From Ranitomeya imitator (Eukaryota): a DNA stretch of 64,000 bases. Below are positions 16,891 to 29,855 of the stretch, one piece after another. Each line of letters opens with the position of its first letter. Position 1 is the stretch's first letter. The stretch is from contig NC_091283.1 in the NCBI RefSeq assembly GCF_032444005.1, positions 374,852,001 through 374,916,000 of the forward strand, read 5' to 3'. Under the pieces are notes generated by a model. That model saw nothing but the letters and a program-made list of their open reading frames with translations, was not told the DNA's origin and made no database searches. The position numbers and the translations under genes were made by a program.

Positions 16891-19031
16891 GCGTAGGAGT
16901 TGGGGCTGATACTGCTGAGGCACCAAGAGCTCATAAGACACGGGTCCAGGGTTTTATCTGGTCATGATGCGGGCTTTTCCCTATATAGCACTCCTTTCTC
17001 CCTTCTATACACCTCTCCCTGATTTGTTTCCCCAGGTCGAGCATCCGTACTGTGGGCAAATTCTAGGGTGGGGTCCGTGAGTTGGGCTTACCTAAACTCT
17101 TTACGATCTGTCTCCCCCCAGTCAATGTCAACAGTCTGGTTAAATGTACTCACTGCCGTCGACTCAGAGGGGGTTAATAGAGGCTTGAAGTGTCGGTTAT
17201 CCTTGGAATGGGTGGCAGAAGGATCCACATCAGGGTGTTTCTTGGCTTGGCTTCGGGTGATGACAGTAACAAATTAATTGGTCATTCCCCAAAATAAGAG
17301 GTGTGGGGAGGCCGACCATGAGTCCCACTTGACCACTCCCTGGTCAATACCCCAGTCCAGCTGCACACGGCCTAAAGGGATGTCCGAGCACTGACCTACA
17401 GCCAGGCAGATGGTCACTTGGCGACATGTTAAATAGTGTTCAGGTGGGACAATATCTGGGCTGACCAGTGTGATGGAGGACCCAGTGTTCTAAAGTCCCT
17501 TGGCCTGGATATCACCGACCTTGACTGGCTGGAAGTGACGTAGGAGGTTGGCTGGTGTAGTAGGTGTCATCATCACTGGAGTGATGCCAGCACCTGAGGT
17601 GAGTAAAAGGCTGTTTTATTGTATAAGGGGGAATAGAGCAATTGAAGAGGGGTTGGGCCAGTTCTGGACAAACCCTTTAATGAAGAAAGCGCTGGAGTGT
17701 GATGCACCACATTTATTAAAGCGTTTCTCCACTACTTTTACATTAATGATTTATCCTAATGATAGATCATCAATATAAGATTGGTGGGGTACTGACACCC
17801 CCACCAATCAGCTGTTCTCAGTGCTGGCGACAGACAGATATCTTCAGTTGTGGATCTTCATCCACTGTCTAGTGGACATGGGCAAGCATTCAGGAGAAAA
17901 AGCTTAACAAATGATGAGGTCCATTTTCTCATAGTACCCTTCGTGTAATTTATAAATTTGGTGTTACATCAGTATTTTAGTGGAAATTATTTTTTCATGT
18001 CTAAATGTTATAAAGTTTTGTGAATCAACTGTGTGTTAAAAAAATCTCACTACACCTTCTAGACAAAATTTCTTGAAGGCTCTTGTTTCCAAGCTGGGTT
18101 CTTTTCTGAAGGGTGTTGGCATGTGATTGGCTCTGGTTATGCGAAATTGCATGCATAATTTATTCTATCCAAATTTACACTCAAAAAATCAAACAGCATA
18201 CTTTACTTTCCAAGCCCTGCCATGTGACCAAACTGCAATTTTGGGGCATCTTCACATGCAGGAGAAATTGCTTAACAATTATGGGGTCCATTTCTTCCTA
18301 TTATCTCTTTGAAAATAAAAACTTGGTGCTGAAACAACATTTTGGCTTAAATAAATTTTCACTTTCGCATCCAAATTATACAATTTAAAAAAACATTCTG
18401 TAAACCACCTCACAGTAAAAAATGGTCAACACATACCTATATGAATTCTTTGAGGGGTTTAGTTTCGAAAATTGGGTCACTTGTGTAAGGTTTCTCCTGC
18501 TTTGCCATGACAAGGAGTCAACAAATGTGACGTGGAATTCACAATCTGTTCCGCAAAATTGGCACTACAAAATTCAAATAGCACTTTTTCCATTCAGAGG
18601 TCTGCCATGGACTCAAACACCAGTTTTGTCCCTATATCAGCTATTGAATCCACATATGGAGAGATGTTGCATAACACAATTCAAGGTCCATTTTCTACTA
18701 CTATTCCAAATGCACATTTTCCAGTTAAAGCAATATTATAGTGTAAAAATTAAATTTTCATTTTTTTTAACTCAATTTTATTTCATTCCTGTGTAGCACT
18801 TGAATGGTTAACAAATTTCCTAACAGCAGTTAAAAAGTAATTTAAGGGATGCAGTTGTTAAAAGGGTATACTTCTACACTATACTTTCCAAATATATAAG
18901 CCCTTCAAAGACCCTTCAAAATGGTAGAAATCTCTAAATAGTAGGTTTTGTAAATTTCCTTGAAAATAATGAAAAATTGCTGCTACATTTTAACACTACT
19001 AAAAGAGGCATAATGTCAATGGTGGCGGACC

Positions 19032-19510
19032 AGCCAGCATAAGTACATGTGGGGATTCCCTAGCAACCAGGCAACCCCCACATGTACTTACCCCCACATG
19101 TACTTATGCTGGCTAACTGATGTAAATCATTCAGCTGCGGCAAGAAAAACTAAATCTCCGAGCACTAAAAAATATTCGGAGGACCCCCGAGCGTGCTCGA
19201 GAAATCTCGAGTAACGAGTATATTCACTCATCACTAGTGAGATCCTGTAATGTGCACCATCTTGGGGTAATTGCTGGGATTGTTCTGTTTACTATTGGGT
19301 GTTGTGGTTCAATAAAGTATTGCCACACTGTTTTACCCTTTACACTGTATTGCCCACCTGGAGATAGAGCGTGCGTTCAGTGGAATGAGCCCTGGTCCAT
19401 GCAGTCTTGCTAAAGGAAGCCGGGCCAGCGGATGAGAGCACCCACTAACCCTGTTTCTCCTCAGGGTATCATTCTACAGGTTTCCAAATATATCAGCCCC
19501 TCAAAGACCC
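19032..19510 (-). repeat. 479-bp near-perfect inverted copy of 10832-11310
   Basis: Direct reverse-complement comparison; 2 mismatches seen. Confidence 0.9.
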
Positions 19511-20158
19511 CTCAGTTACTTATTCAAATCATCAAAATCGACTCTCTGCCAATTTTGATACCAGTTCTCATGCTCAGAACCCATTTGGGAAAGGCTGGAG
19601 TGACCTGAATTTCATGCAGGGCATCAATATGCATGTAATAATGGCATCAGATCAGTGGCCAAAAGTCATTTAACCCCTTAAAATCACCAGTTACTTATTC
19701 AAATCTGTGAAGATTGATTTTTTTCTACCCAATTTAATGCCAGTTCTGATTTCCAGAACCCGTTTGGGCCAGGCTAAAGTCACCTGGGTTTGATGATATC
19801 ACTATGTATGTAATGGTGGTGTGAGATCAGTGGACTAAAGTCATTTAACCCCTTACAAACATCAGTTACTTATTCAAATGTGTGAAAATTGTCTGCCCAC
19901 TTTGATGCCAATTCTGATGCCCAGAACCCATTTGCGCCAGGCTGGAAGGACCTGGGTTTTATGCAGGGCATCACTATCTGTGTATACTTAGTGTGAGATC
20001 AGTGGCCTAAAGTAATTTCACCCCTTAAAAACATCAGTTACTTATTCAAATCTGTGAATATTGTCTGTTTGCTCACTTTGATAAAATATATATATTGGAA
20101 CAGCATCACGTATTACCGCAGTTGTCGTGCAGCGCTTTCCCAACCAATGTTCAAATAG

Positions 20159-20203
<45 letters not shown>

Positions 20204-20205
<2 letters not shown>

Positions 20206-21686
20206 GTATATACTCGAGTATAAGCCGACCCAAGTATAAGCCGACCCCCCTAATTTTGCCACAAAAAACTGGGAAAACTTATTGACTCGAGTATAAGCCT
20301 AGGGTAGAAAATGCAGCAGCTACCGGTGAATTTCAAAAATAAAAATAGATGCTCCATACCGTTCATTATTGCCCCATAGATGCTCCATATACAACTGTGC
20401 TATATAGAATGCTCTGCACCGTTGATTATGGCCCCATAGATGCTCCTTATAATGCTGTGCCATATATGCTCTGCACCTTTGATTATGGCCCCATAAATGC
20501 TCCTTATAATGTTGTGCCATATATGCTCTGCACTTTTGATTATGGCCCCATAGGTGCTCCTTAGAATGCTGTGCCCCATATATGCTCTGCACCTTTGATT
20601 ATGGCCCCATAGATGCTCCTTATAATGTTGTGCCATATATGCTCTGCACCTTTGATTATGGCCCCATAGGTGCTCCTTATAATGTTGTGCCATATATGCT
20701 CTGCACCTTTGATTATGGCCCCATAGGTGCTCATTATAATGTTGTGCCATATATGCTCTGCACCTTTGATTATGGCCCCATAGGTGCTCCTTATAATGTT
20801 GTGCCATATATGCTCTGCACCTTTGATTATGGCCCCATAGGTGCTCCTTATAATGTTGTGCCATATATGCTCTGCACCTTTGATTATGGCCCCATAGATG
20901 CTCCTTATAATGCTGTGCCATATATGCTCTGCACCTTTGATTATGGCCCCATAAATGCTCCTTATAATGTTGTGCCATATATGCTCTGCACCTTTGATTA
21001 TGGCCCCATAGGTGCTCCTTAGAATGCTGTGCCCCATATATGCTCTGCACCTTTGATTATGGCCCCATAGGTGCTCCTTAGAATGCTGTGCCCCATATAT
21101 GCTCTGCACCTTTGATTATGGCCCCATAGGTGCTCCTTAGAATGCTGTGCCATATATGCTCTGCACCTTTGATTATGGCCCCATAGGTGCTCCTTAGAAT
21201 GCTGCTGGTGCTGCCATAAAAAAAAACAAAAAAAAAAAAACACATACTCACCTCTCTTCTCAGGACGCCGGCGCTTTCAATAATTACCTGCTCCTCTGCG
21301 GCTCCGTCTCCAGCACTGACGCTCAGCAGAGGGCGCGCACTGACTACGTCACAGCGCCCTCTAACCTGAGCGTCACTGCTAGAGGACGCTGGAGACGGAG
21401 CCGCACCGCAGCGAGGAGCAGGTAATTATAGCGCTGCGCTCCCCTTACCTGCTGCGGCGCGGTCCCTGCAGTCCCTGGCATGTGACCGCTCAGTACAGGA
21501 AGAATCTGCAGCGCCGGAGAAGCCAGGGACTGCAGGGACCGCGCCGCAGCAGGTAAGTATGACTACACAGCCCCCACTCTCCCTCCCCTGCTGACACCCG
21601 GGTATATGACTCGAGTATAAGCCGAGAGGGGGACTTTCAGCCCAAAAAAATGGGCTGAGAATCTCGGCTTATACTCGAGTATATAC

Positions 21687-21688
<2 letters not shown>
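20204..21688. mobile_element. Tc2/pogo-like non-autonomous element with internal 57-bp minisatellite, in a (TA)n tract
   Basis: 25-bp TIR CCGTATATACTCGAGTATAAGCCGA; (TA)n on both sides; about 13 units of atatgctctgcacctttgattatggccccat... Confidence 0.9.
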
Positions 21689-21736
<48 letters not shown>

Positions 21737-22000
21737 AACCAATCCAAAAATTGTTATATGGCAAGGTAATGGTGAAAAAAATAAAATATGGCTTTTAATA
21801 ATTCCTTCAAAAAGACCACCGGTCTATTCAAGCCAAACAAACAAACAAATGACAAACACTAAAACATGTAAAAGAAGGACTCAAAAACTCCATATACAAA
21901 AGGTAAATTCCACATCAGCCGTGCCTGTATAGTCTTGCTGAAAAATATCCCTTTATTTTCCTGCATTCAAATCCCTTGAGCCCACTATAATTAACTGTAA

Positions 22001-22528
22001 GGCTGGTTTCACACTTGCGGTTGTGTTCGCAGCGTTTCTGACGCATATGTCCGCATTCGTCTTGATTTCCTATCTTTAACATTGTAGACGCAGGTGCATG
22101 CGTTCGCCCGCGTTTGCTTACGCATGCATATTTTCGCGGTGCGCGGCTGACACATGTTAGAATTTTTTGGGCGTCTAATTCCCGCCGCCATACGCATGCG
22201 GACACTTGCGGAAGGAGTGTGTCAAAACAACGCCTTACAGTCTATAGGAACGTAAGGACATGCTTTCTCTTGAGTTTGCACAAGAGTCTATATACAGAAA
22301 TCCCATTGGGCGTGGCTTGTGTCAAGGAAATTCTCCTTGAAAAATGTTTTCATAACATGCATGCGCATAAACAACGCGAACGTGTGCAAACGTTGCTTTT
22401 TTTATCTGTCATGTGTAAGTTGATGCGGATAAAAAATACAGCGTTATCATTAGTTTGAGTGCGTTTTGCCATGAGTTTGCGGTTGCGTACAAAACGCTGC
22501 AGACTCAACCGCAAATGTGAACCTAGCC
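22001..22528. mobile_element. Harbinger/PIF-like MITE
   Basis: TAA-GGCTGGTTTCACACTTGCGG...CCGCAAATGTGAACCTAGCC-TAA. Confidence 0.85.
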
Positions 22529-22899
22529 TAAGTGGTTAATGGTATTTCCAGACAGTGTGTGATAAGCACCACAATATTGCACCAAAATGCCACAGTTATT
22601 ATTTCATCAATCTTCAATCATAGGTAGAAATGCACAAGAAAACTTTTGAATCATAACAATAACGAAAAGGAACAATCTCATCCAGATAGCTCATACATAA
22701 AGCCAGGTTGTGTTCCAAACTCATCCAAAGGTCCTGGTTATCCAAAGATGGGGGTGGGGGAAGCAATTCCACTACCACATGGAATCCCACTATAACGGTA
22801 TCCAGGTTCCTTTAGTACTCATAATTCCACCATCTCCTGACGCATTTCATTTCATCAAATCATCAGGTGAGCATAAAAGAGGGTTTTTTTTAACAGTAT

Positions 22900-23681
22900 A
22901 TTAAGAGAGTGTGCATCTTCAAAGCACAATATAGTCGGGTCTGTAAACACGTGATGGTCGTGATTTATATACACCACTCTTCTACCTGTTCAGTTGTCAT
23001 TTCCTATACGCCCCTTGAGACCCCGTGCCCATCCACCTTCGTCACTTCCAGTGCATCCCTGCGTTCCACCTTGGACCGCATCGGAAGTATCAGCCCAGGA
23101 TCATGTCCACCCACGTTCGTAACCTCCGATGCATCCCTGTGTTCCACCCTGGAACGCACCTGGAAGGATCCGCACAGGACCCTCAGCTTCCGGTATGTCC
23201 CCTCCTGTAGTCAACGGCAGATCAGATCTATGAGACACATCCACTGATGCGCTTCAACCGCAGAGCGCATGACCCGGAAGTGATGGATTCATTAAGAGAG
23301 TGTGCATCTTCAAAGCACAATATAGTCGGGTCTGTAAACACGGGATGGTCGTGATTTATATACACCACTCTTCTACCTGTTCAGTTGTCATTTCCTATAC
23401 GCCCCTTGAGACCCCGTGCCCATCCACCTTCGTCACTTCCAGTGCATCCCTGCGTTCCACCTTGGACCGCATCGGAAGTATCAGCCCAGGATCATGTCCA
23501 CCCACGTTAGTAACGTCCGATGCATCCCTGTGTTCCACCCTGGAACGCACCTGGAAGGATCCGCACAGGACCCTCAGCTTCCGGTATGTCCCCTCCTGTA
23601 CTCAACGGCAGATCAGATCTATGAGACACATCCACTGATGCGCTTCAACCGCAGAGCGTATGACCCGGAAGTGATGGATTC
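22900..23681. repeat. Tandem duplication of a 391-bp unit (22900-23290, 23291-23681)
   Basis: Units align without gaps; 5 mismatches seen. Confidence 0.92.
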
Positions 23682-23699
23682 CTTCCGGATCGTGTGCAA

Positions 23700-23950
23700 G
23701 TGTCCGCCATATTACTTAGCCTGACCGCAACCTTGATGAGGATACCATTCCGGGGGAACAAATTAAATCATACTCCCCGAAACGCATCATTCTGACTTAT
23801 ACCATTCATATCCGGTACAAATTTAAGTCCCTAGGTGCTAAAATAAAAATTATCTTCTGTCTCAAAAAACTCCATTAATCAATATGGGGAGGGGCACCAT
23901 GTTTCCTTAGAGTTTTGTATGGCCATATATGATTGCACATTTTCTCAATA
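23700..23950 (-). mobile_element. Possible Penelope-like element C-terminal remnant
   Basis: Minus strand near 23820-23850 reads IFILAPRDLN, resembling the L.P.GLN end of PLE GIY-YIG domains; weak. Confidence 0.3.
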
Positions 23951-25211
23951 AATATGATTCAAAGGCATTTTGGAGGTTAAATAACCTTGACTAAAAGACA
24001 CCGACAGCAATGGATGAAGGGTCAATAGACTCTGTTCTACCAAAGGACGGAGACATCAGGCATTCCGGATAGGGGGTAGGAGTGTATCTCACCCTAATTA
24101 TGTCCTACCTGAGGACTACCTGACAGTGGGGGTTGGCGCCCTATAAAAAGGTGAGGTTTTTTTTAATAAACAAAATCACGTTGGCAAACCTGACACAGAT
24201 GTTTATTGTTAAATACATTTCTTAATTCTTTAGTTCTCTGGATTTCTTTCATTTTCTTGTGTATGACAAGATATCACTTTGATTGAAATTGCCAAGAACG
24301 CACATCTGAAGTAAAAGGAAAATGGCATCTTCCCTGTGTGAACTAATTGAGTTTTGTCCTTGTAAGAATGCAGGCATGTTTAGTTTTAGTTTCACTTCTG
24401 TAGAAGTATCTATATAAGATCTTTTTTTTGCAAAACAATGTATTTTTGAATGACAACATTCACTTTACCATGTACTCTACTGAAAAACAGGTAAAAAAAA
24501 ACAGTAATTTGTTCTCTTTTATTTATGACAATCATTTTGCTGCAAAAATGACCAGATGCCTTTGTTCCATAGGCCTTCAACATTATGGATACCTAATTTG
24601 TACAGTTTTTTAGTGCTATACTACTTTTAAAAAAAGGGTCATAACAAGGTCGTCACAGGCTTTTTTTTTGCAAGATAACCATTAAACTACAGCTTCAAAT
24701 TTTGGTTGCATATGATTTTCTGATCTCTTTTTTACTCCATTTTAGGGAAAAATTAGGTGACCAAAACCAGAAACTTTGCCATTTCGAGTACTTATTTTTA
24801 AAGTTCACTGCATAATATGCCAGTCTCGCATAATTAAGTTAGAACATTTATTTCTAAATCTGCTTACATCAAAAAGATTTAAAGGGAATACATGGCCCAA
24901 GGAGACAGTCTTTTAGCACAAATATCAAAAACACAGATATAGGTACAGTACAAGCAATTATTCACATACAATATAAAAAAATGCAATAACTGATTAATTC
25001 AGCATTATTTACTTAGGTTTAAAAAAAAAGCGGAGTGATTTTAACTTAAATTTTTCACTTTTTAAAAAAATCTTTAACTAGTTTTTACCCATTAAATAAT
25101 TTACTTGAATCCGTAATTGTGCGATGGTGGGTGTGCTGTAAGCTAATCTTTTGCAAAGACTTTCAGTCATTACAGGACATTATCCAATGTACTGTATATG
25201 GTTTAAATATA

Positions 25212-27050
25212 CAGTTATATGAAAAAGTTTGGGCACCCCTATTAATCTTAAGCTTAACGTTTTATAAAAATTGTTTTTTTTTGCAACAGCTATTTCAGTT
25301 TCATATATCTAATAACTGTTGGACACAGTAATGTTTCTGCCTTGAAATGAGGTTTATTGTACTAACAGAAAATGTGCAATCTGCATTCAAACAAAATTTG
25401 ACAGGTGCATAAGTATGGGCACCCCACCAGAAAAGTGACATTAATATTTAGTAGATCCTCCTTTTGCAAAAATAACAGCCTCTAGTCGCTTCCTGTAGCT
25501 TTTAATGAGTTCCTGGATCCTGGATGAAGGTATTTTTGACCATTCCTCTTTACAAAACAATTCCAGTTCAGTTAAGTTTGAAGGGTGCCGAGCATGGACA
25601 GCCCTCTTCAAATGATCTCAAAGATGTTCAATGATATTCAGGTCTGGGAACTGGGATGGCCATTCCAGAACAGTGTAATTGTTCCTCTAGAGAAAAAGAT
25701 CGTCAGATCGAAACGCGCTGCCGTATAGCCCCTCATGTGCAGGGGCACCCACCCGGAGGGAGTTTGGTTAATCCATGTCTGTGGATTTTATCGTTTTTGG
25801 AATCTAATAAAAATTACCGAATTTTAGGAGCTGGATCTCAATCCCTTTTTTTTTTCTTTGGAGTAATTGTTCCTCTGCATGAATGCCTGAGTAGATTTGG
25901 CGGGGTGTTTTGGATCATTGTCTTGCTGAAAGATCCATCCTCCTTGTAACTTCAACTTTGTCACCGATTCATGAATATTATTGTCAAGAATCTGCTGATA
26001 CTGAGAGGAATCCATGCGTCCCTCAACTTTAACAAGATTCCCGGTGCCGGCATTGGCCACACAGCCCCAAAAAGCATGATGGAACCTCCACCAAATTTTA
26101 CTGTGGGTAGCAAGTGTTTTTCTTGGAATGCTCTGTTTTTTGGCCGCCATGCATAACGCCTTTTTGTATGACCAAACAACTCAATCTTGGTTTCATCAGT
26201 CCACAGGACCTTCTTCCAAAAAGAAATTCGCTTCTCCAAATGTGCTTTTGCATACCTCAGCCGACTCCGTTTGTGGCATGCTTGCAGAAACGGCTTCTTT
26301 CGCATCACTCTCCCATACAGCTTCTCCTTGTGGAAAGTGCATTGTATAGTTGACCGATGCACAGTGACACCATCTGCAGCAAGTTGATGCTGCAGCTCTC
26401 TGGAGGTGTTCTGAGGATTTGACTGATCTCACCATTCTTCTTCTCTTCCTTTCTGATGTTTTTCTTGGCCTGCCACTTCTGGCCTTAACAAGAACTGTAC
26501 CTGTGTTCTTCCATTTCCTTACTATGTTCCTCACAGTGGAAATTGACAGGTTAAATCTCTGAGACAGCTTTTTGTATCCTTCCCCTGAACAACTATGTTG
26601 AATAATCTTTGTTTTCAGATCATTAGACAGGTGTTTTGAGGAGCCCATGATGCCACTCTTCAGAGGAGATTCAAACAGGAGAACAACTTGCAAGTGGCCA
26701 CTTTAAGTAGCTTTCCTCATGATTGCATACACCTGGCTATGAAGTTCAAAGCTCAATGAGGTTAGAAAACCAAAAAACGTGCTTTAGTAAATCAGTAAAA
26801 AGTAGGTAGGAGTATTTAAAACAAGAAAATGATAAGGGTGCCCATACTTATGCACCTGTCAAATTTTGTTTGAATGCAGATTGCACATTTTCTGTTAGTA
26901 CAATAAACCTCATTTCAAGGCAGAAACATTACTGTGTCCAACAGTTATTAGATATATAAAACTGAAAAAGCTGTTGCAAAAAAAAAAACAATTTTTATAA
27001 AACATTAAGCTTAAGATTAATAGGGGTGCCCAAACTTTTTCATATAACTG
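25212..27050 (-). mobile_element. Tc1-family DNA transposon, family B (DD34E), defective
   Basis: TA-CAGTTATATGAAAAAGTTTGGGCACCCC...GGGGTGCCCAAACTTTTTCATATAACTG-TA; near-perfect TIRs of about 215 bp; ATG at 26648, [23 protein letters not shown]; frameshifts and a 174-bp insert. Confidence 0.95.
25689..25862 (+). mobile_element. 174-bp retroposed-type insert with 14-bp TSD
   Basis: GTAATTGTTCCTCT at 25675-25688 and 25863-25876. Confidence 0.8.
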
Positions 27051-27121
27051 TATCTATTGTATTTGTGTACTTTGCTGCCATCTACTGGCCGTTGTTATAT
27101 TATGTTGTTCATGTATTATTA

Positions 27122-27847
27122 AGGTACCGTCACACTAGACGATATCGCTAGCGATCCGTGTCGTTGCAGCGTCCTCACTAGCGATATCGTCCAGTGTGAC
27201 AGGCAGCAGCGATCAGGCCCCTGCTGTGCTGTCGCTGGTCGGGGAAGAAAGTCCAGAACTTTATTTCGTCGCTGGACTCCCCGTAGACATCGCTGAATCG
27301 GCGTGTGTGACACCGATTCAGCGATGTCTTCACTGGTAACCAGGGTAAACATCGGGTAACTAAGCGCAGGGCCGCGCTTAGTAACCCGATGTTTACCCTG
27401 GTTACCATCCTAAAAGTAAAAAAAAACAAACACTACATACTTACCTACAGCCGTCTGTCCTCCAGCGCTGTGCTCTGCTCTCCTCCTGTACTGGCTGTGA
27501 GCGTCGGTCAGCCGGAAAGCAGAGCGGTGACGTCACCGCTCTGCTTTCCGGCCGCTGTGCTCACACAGACAGTACAGGAGGAGAGCAGAGCACAGCGCTG
27601 GAGGACAGACGGCTGTAGGTAAGTATGTACTGTTTGTTTTTTTTACTTTTAGGATGGTAACCAGGGTAAACATCGGGTTACTAAGCGCGGCCCTGTGCTT
27701 AGTTACCCGATGTTTACCCTGGTTACCGGCATCGTTGGTCGCTGGAGAGCGGTCTGTGTGACAGCTCTCCATCGACCAAACAGCGACGCTGCAGCGATCC
27801 GGATCGTTGTCGGTATCGCTGCAGCGTCGCTAAGTGTGACGGTACCT
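27122..27847. mobile_element. Harbinger/PIF-like MITE, AGGTACC family
   Basis: AGGTACCGTCACAC...GTGTGACGGTACCT with TTA TSD on both sides. Confidence 0.92.
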
Positions 27848-28442
27848 TTACTCTGCTTTACCCATAATACCTTTCTTTCTGCAACTCTTCCTATCTTATC
27901 TCACTTCCTTCTTGTGTTCAATGTCATCTTGGACAACACATTCTTCAGGACTAGAGAAAGGATTATTTTGTTACCTCTAACAATTCTAATTCTATTTTGC
28001 AGTTCTAACTTCTACCTTATCTTGATCCCTTCATCTTCCCTAACATCTCACCTCATCAAGGTACTGTAAATAAAACCTGTTGAATTCATCACTGCATCAT
28101 CCTTCCTGACTAATCATGTGCAGCTCATCAGGAATAGACGCACAAGTTAGCGAGTAACGTTATCTTCCATTGCTTATACAGAGAACCGTGTTCACATCCC
28201 TCAGACACATCTCACCCAGGTTCATCAGTGGCAGAATACTGGGTGATGGCTGTATAACAAAATGTGCACATGTACTCTATAGAGCGAGCTCAGCTTCTAA
28301 GCTGGCTGCATAGAACTAGTTTGCATGTCTACTGTACAGAAAAAAGGCAGACATCAACAAAGGATTAAAAATATATTTACTTGTGGACAAAAGATTTCCC
28401 ATATTTAGCACAAGAATATGGAAAAACTGGTTGTCCAAGTAA

Positions 28443-28763
28443 GGCTACGCTCACATTTGCGGTGTTGGGCGCAGCGTCAGCGACGCAACGCAACCAACAA
28501 CGCAAATACACAACGCAGCGTTTTGCGACGCATGCGTTGTCATAGGATCATACAGAGAAGGAATTTCAGCGCAGGAAAAACGCTGCAAGTAGTATTTTCT
28601 GCGCCCTCTCTGTGCGTCAATATGACGCATACGTCGCAAAACGCAATACAACGCATACCGGCGCATGTCCAAGTGCCCCCTATGTTAAAGATAGGGGCGC
28701 ATGACGCATGCGTCAGTATGCGCCGACGACGCTGCGCCCCGCAACGCTAATGTGTACATAGCC
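28443..28763. mobile_element. Harbinger/PIF-like MITE in the decayed zinc-finger tail
   Basis: TAA-GGCTACGCTCACAT...ATGTGTACATAGCC-TAA. Confidence 0.85.
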
Positions 28764-28833
28764 TAACGAAAAAAATGTATTCTGAATATGAAAATGACTT
28801 CCCTTGTATGACTTTTTTAACATATTCTGACAT

Positions 28834-29855
28834 TTATTTTAGCTCTATAACTTTTCGCACATTCTGAGCATGAATATAGCTTCTCTGATGTGTAACTAGA
28901 TATGATTTTAGCTTAAAACATTTTCCACATTCTGTACAAGGAAATGGCTTCTCACCTGTGTGACTTCTCTGATGTGCAATGAGGTGTAATTTAGCATTAT
29001 AACTTTTTCCACATTCAAAACATGAATAAGGCTTCTCCCCTGTGTGACTTCTCTGATGTCTAATAAGATTAGATGTTTGGTTAAAACATTTCCCGCATTC
29101 TGAACATATAAATGGTTTCTCCCCTGTGTGAATTCTCTGATGCGTAGTAAGATCTGATTTCTGGCCAAAACTCTTTCCACATTCAGAACATGAATATGGC
29201 TTCTCCCCTGTGTGTATTCTCTGATGCTTGACAAGATGTGATTTCTGGTTGAAAGATTTCCCACATTCTGAACATAAAAATGGTTTTTCTCCTGTGTGAA
29301 TTCTCGCATGAGTAGTAAGATCTGATTTCTGGTGAAAGCATTTCTGACACTGAGAACACGTATATGGCTTCTCACCTAGGTGACTTCTCTGATGTAATTC
29401 AAGATCTGAATTCTGACTAAAACATTTCCCACACTCTAAGCATGAAAATGGTTTCAGCCATGTGTGACGTTTCTCATGTTCATTGAGATGTGATTTCTTT
29501 TTAAAACATCTCCTGCATTCAGAACATGAAAATGGTTTCTCCCCTGTGTGAGTTTTTTGATGGTAAACAAGATTTCGTTTCAGAGCATAACATTTCCCAC
29601 AATCTGAACATGAGTAGGACTTCTTTCCCATGTGAACTCTTTGAAATTCAACATCCCTTATTTCTTTAATACTTTGAGATGGAACAGAATATATGACCTG
29701 TTGAAAATGATCAGATAATAAATCTTTCTCAGGAATGGCTGAGGCTATAGCTGGAGTAATTGCATATTCTTCATATATATCTTGTGTGATACCACCATCT
29801 TCTTCTTTAATATCTGAAATCATCATATGTCCCTCCAAGAGTTTGACATGGTCAC
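28834..29855 (-). CDS. Zinc-finger array exon
   Basis: ttcttgacag|GT acceptor in phase 1; C-x2-C-x12-H-x3-H repeats; TAA at 28834-28836. Confidence 0.95.

Noticed and set aside
20320-21243. Repetitive ORFs and a CRISPR-like appearance
   Set aside because: Head-to-tail 57-bp units with no unique spacers, inside a Tc2-like element; no cas genes; same for 43369-44160.
28908-29375. 155-aa alternative-frame ORF over the zinc fingers
   Set aside because: Shadow frame typical of periodic C2H2 arrays.
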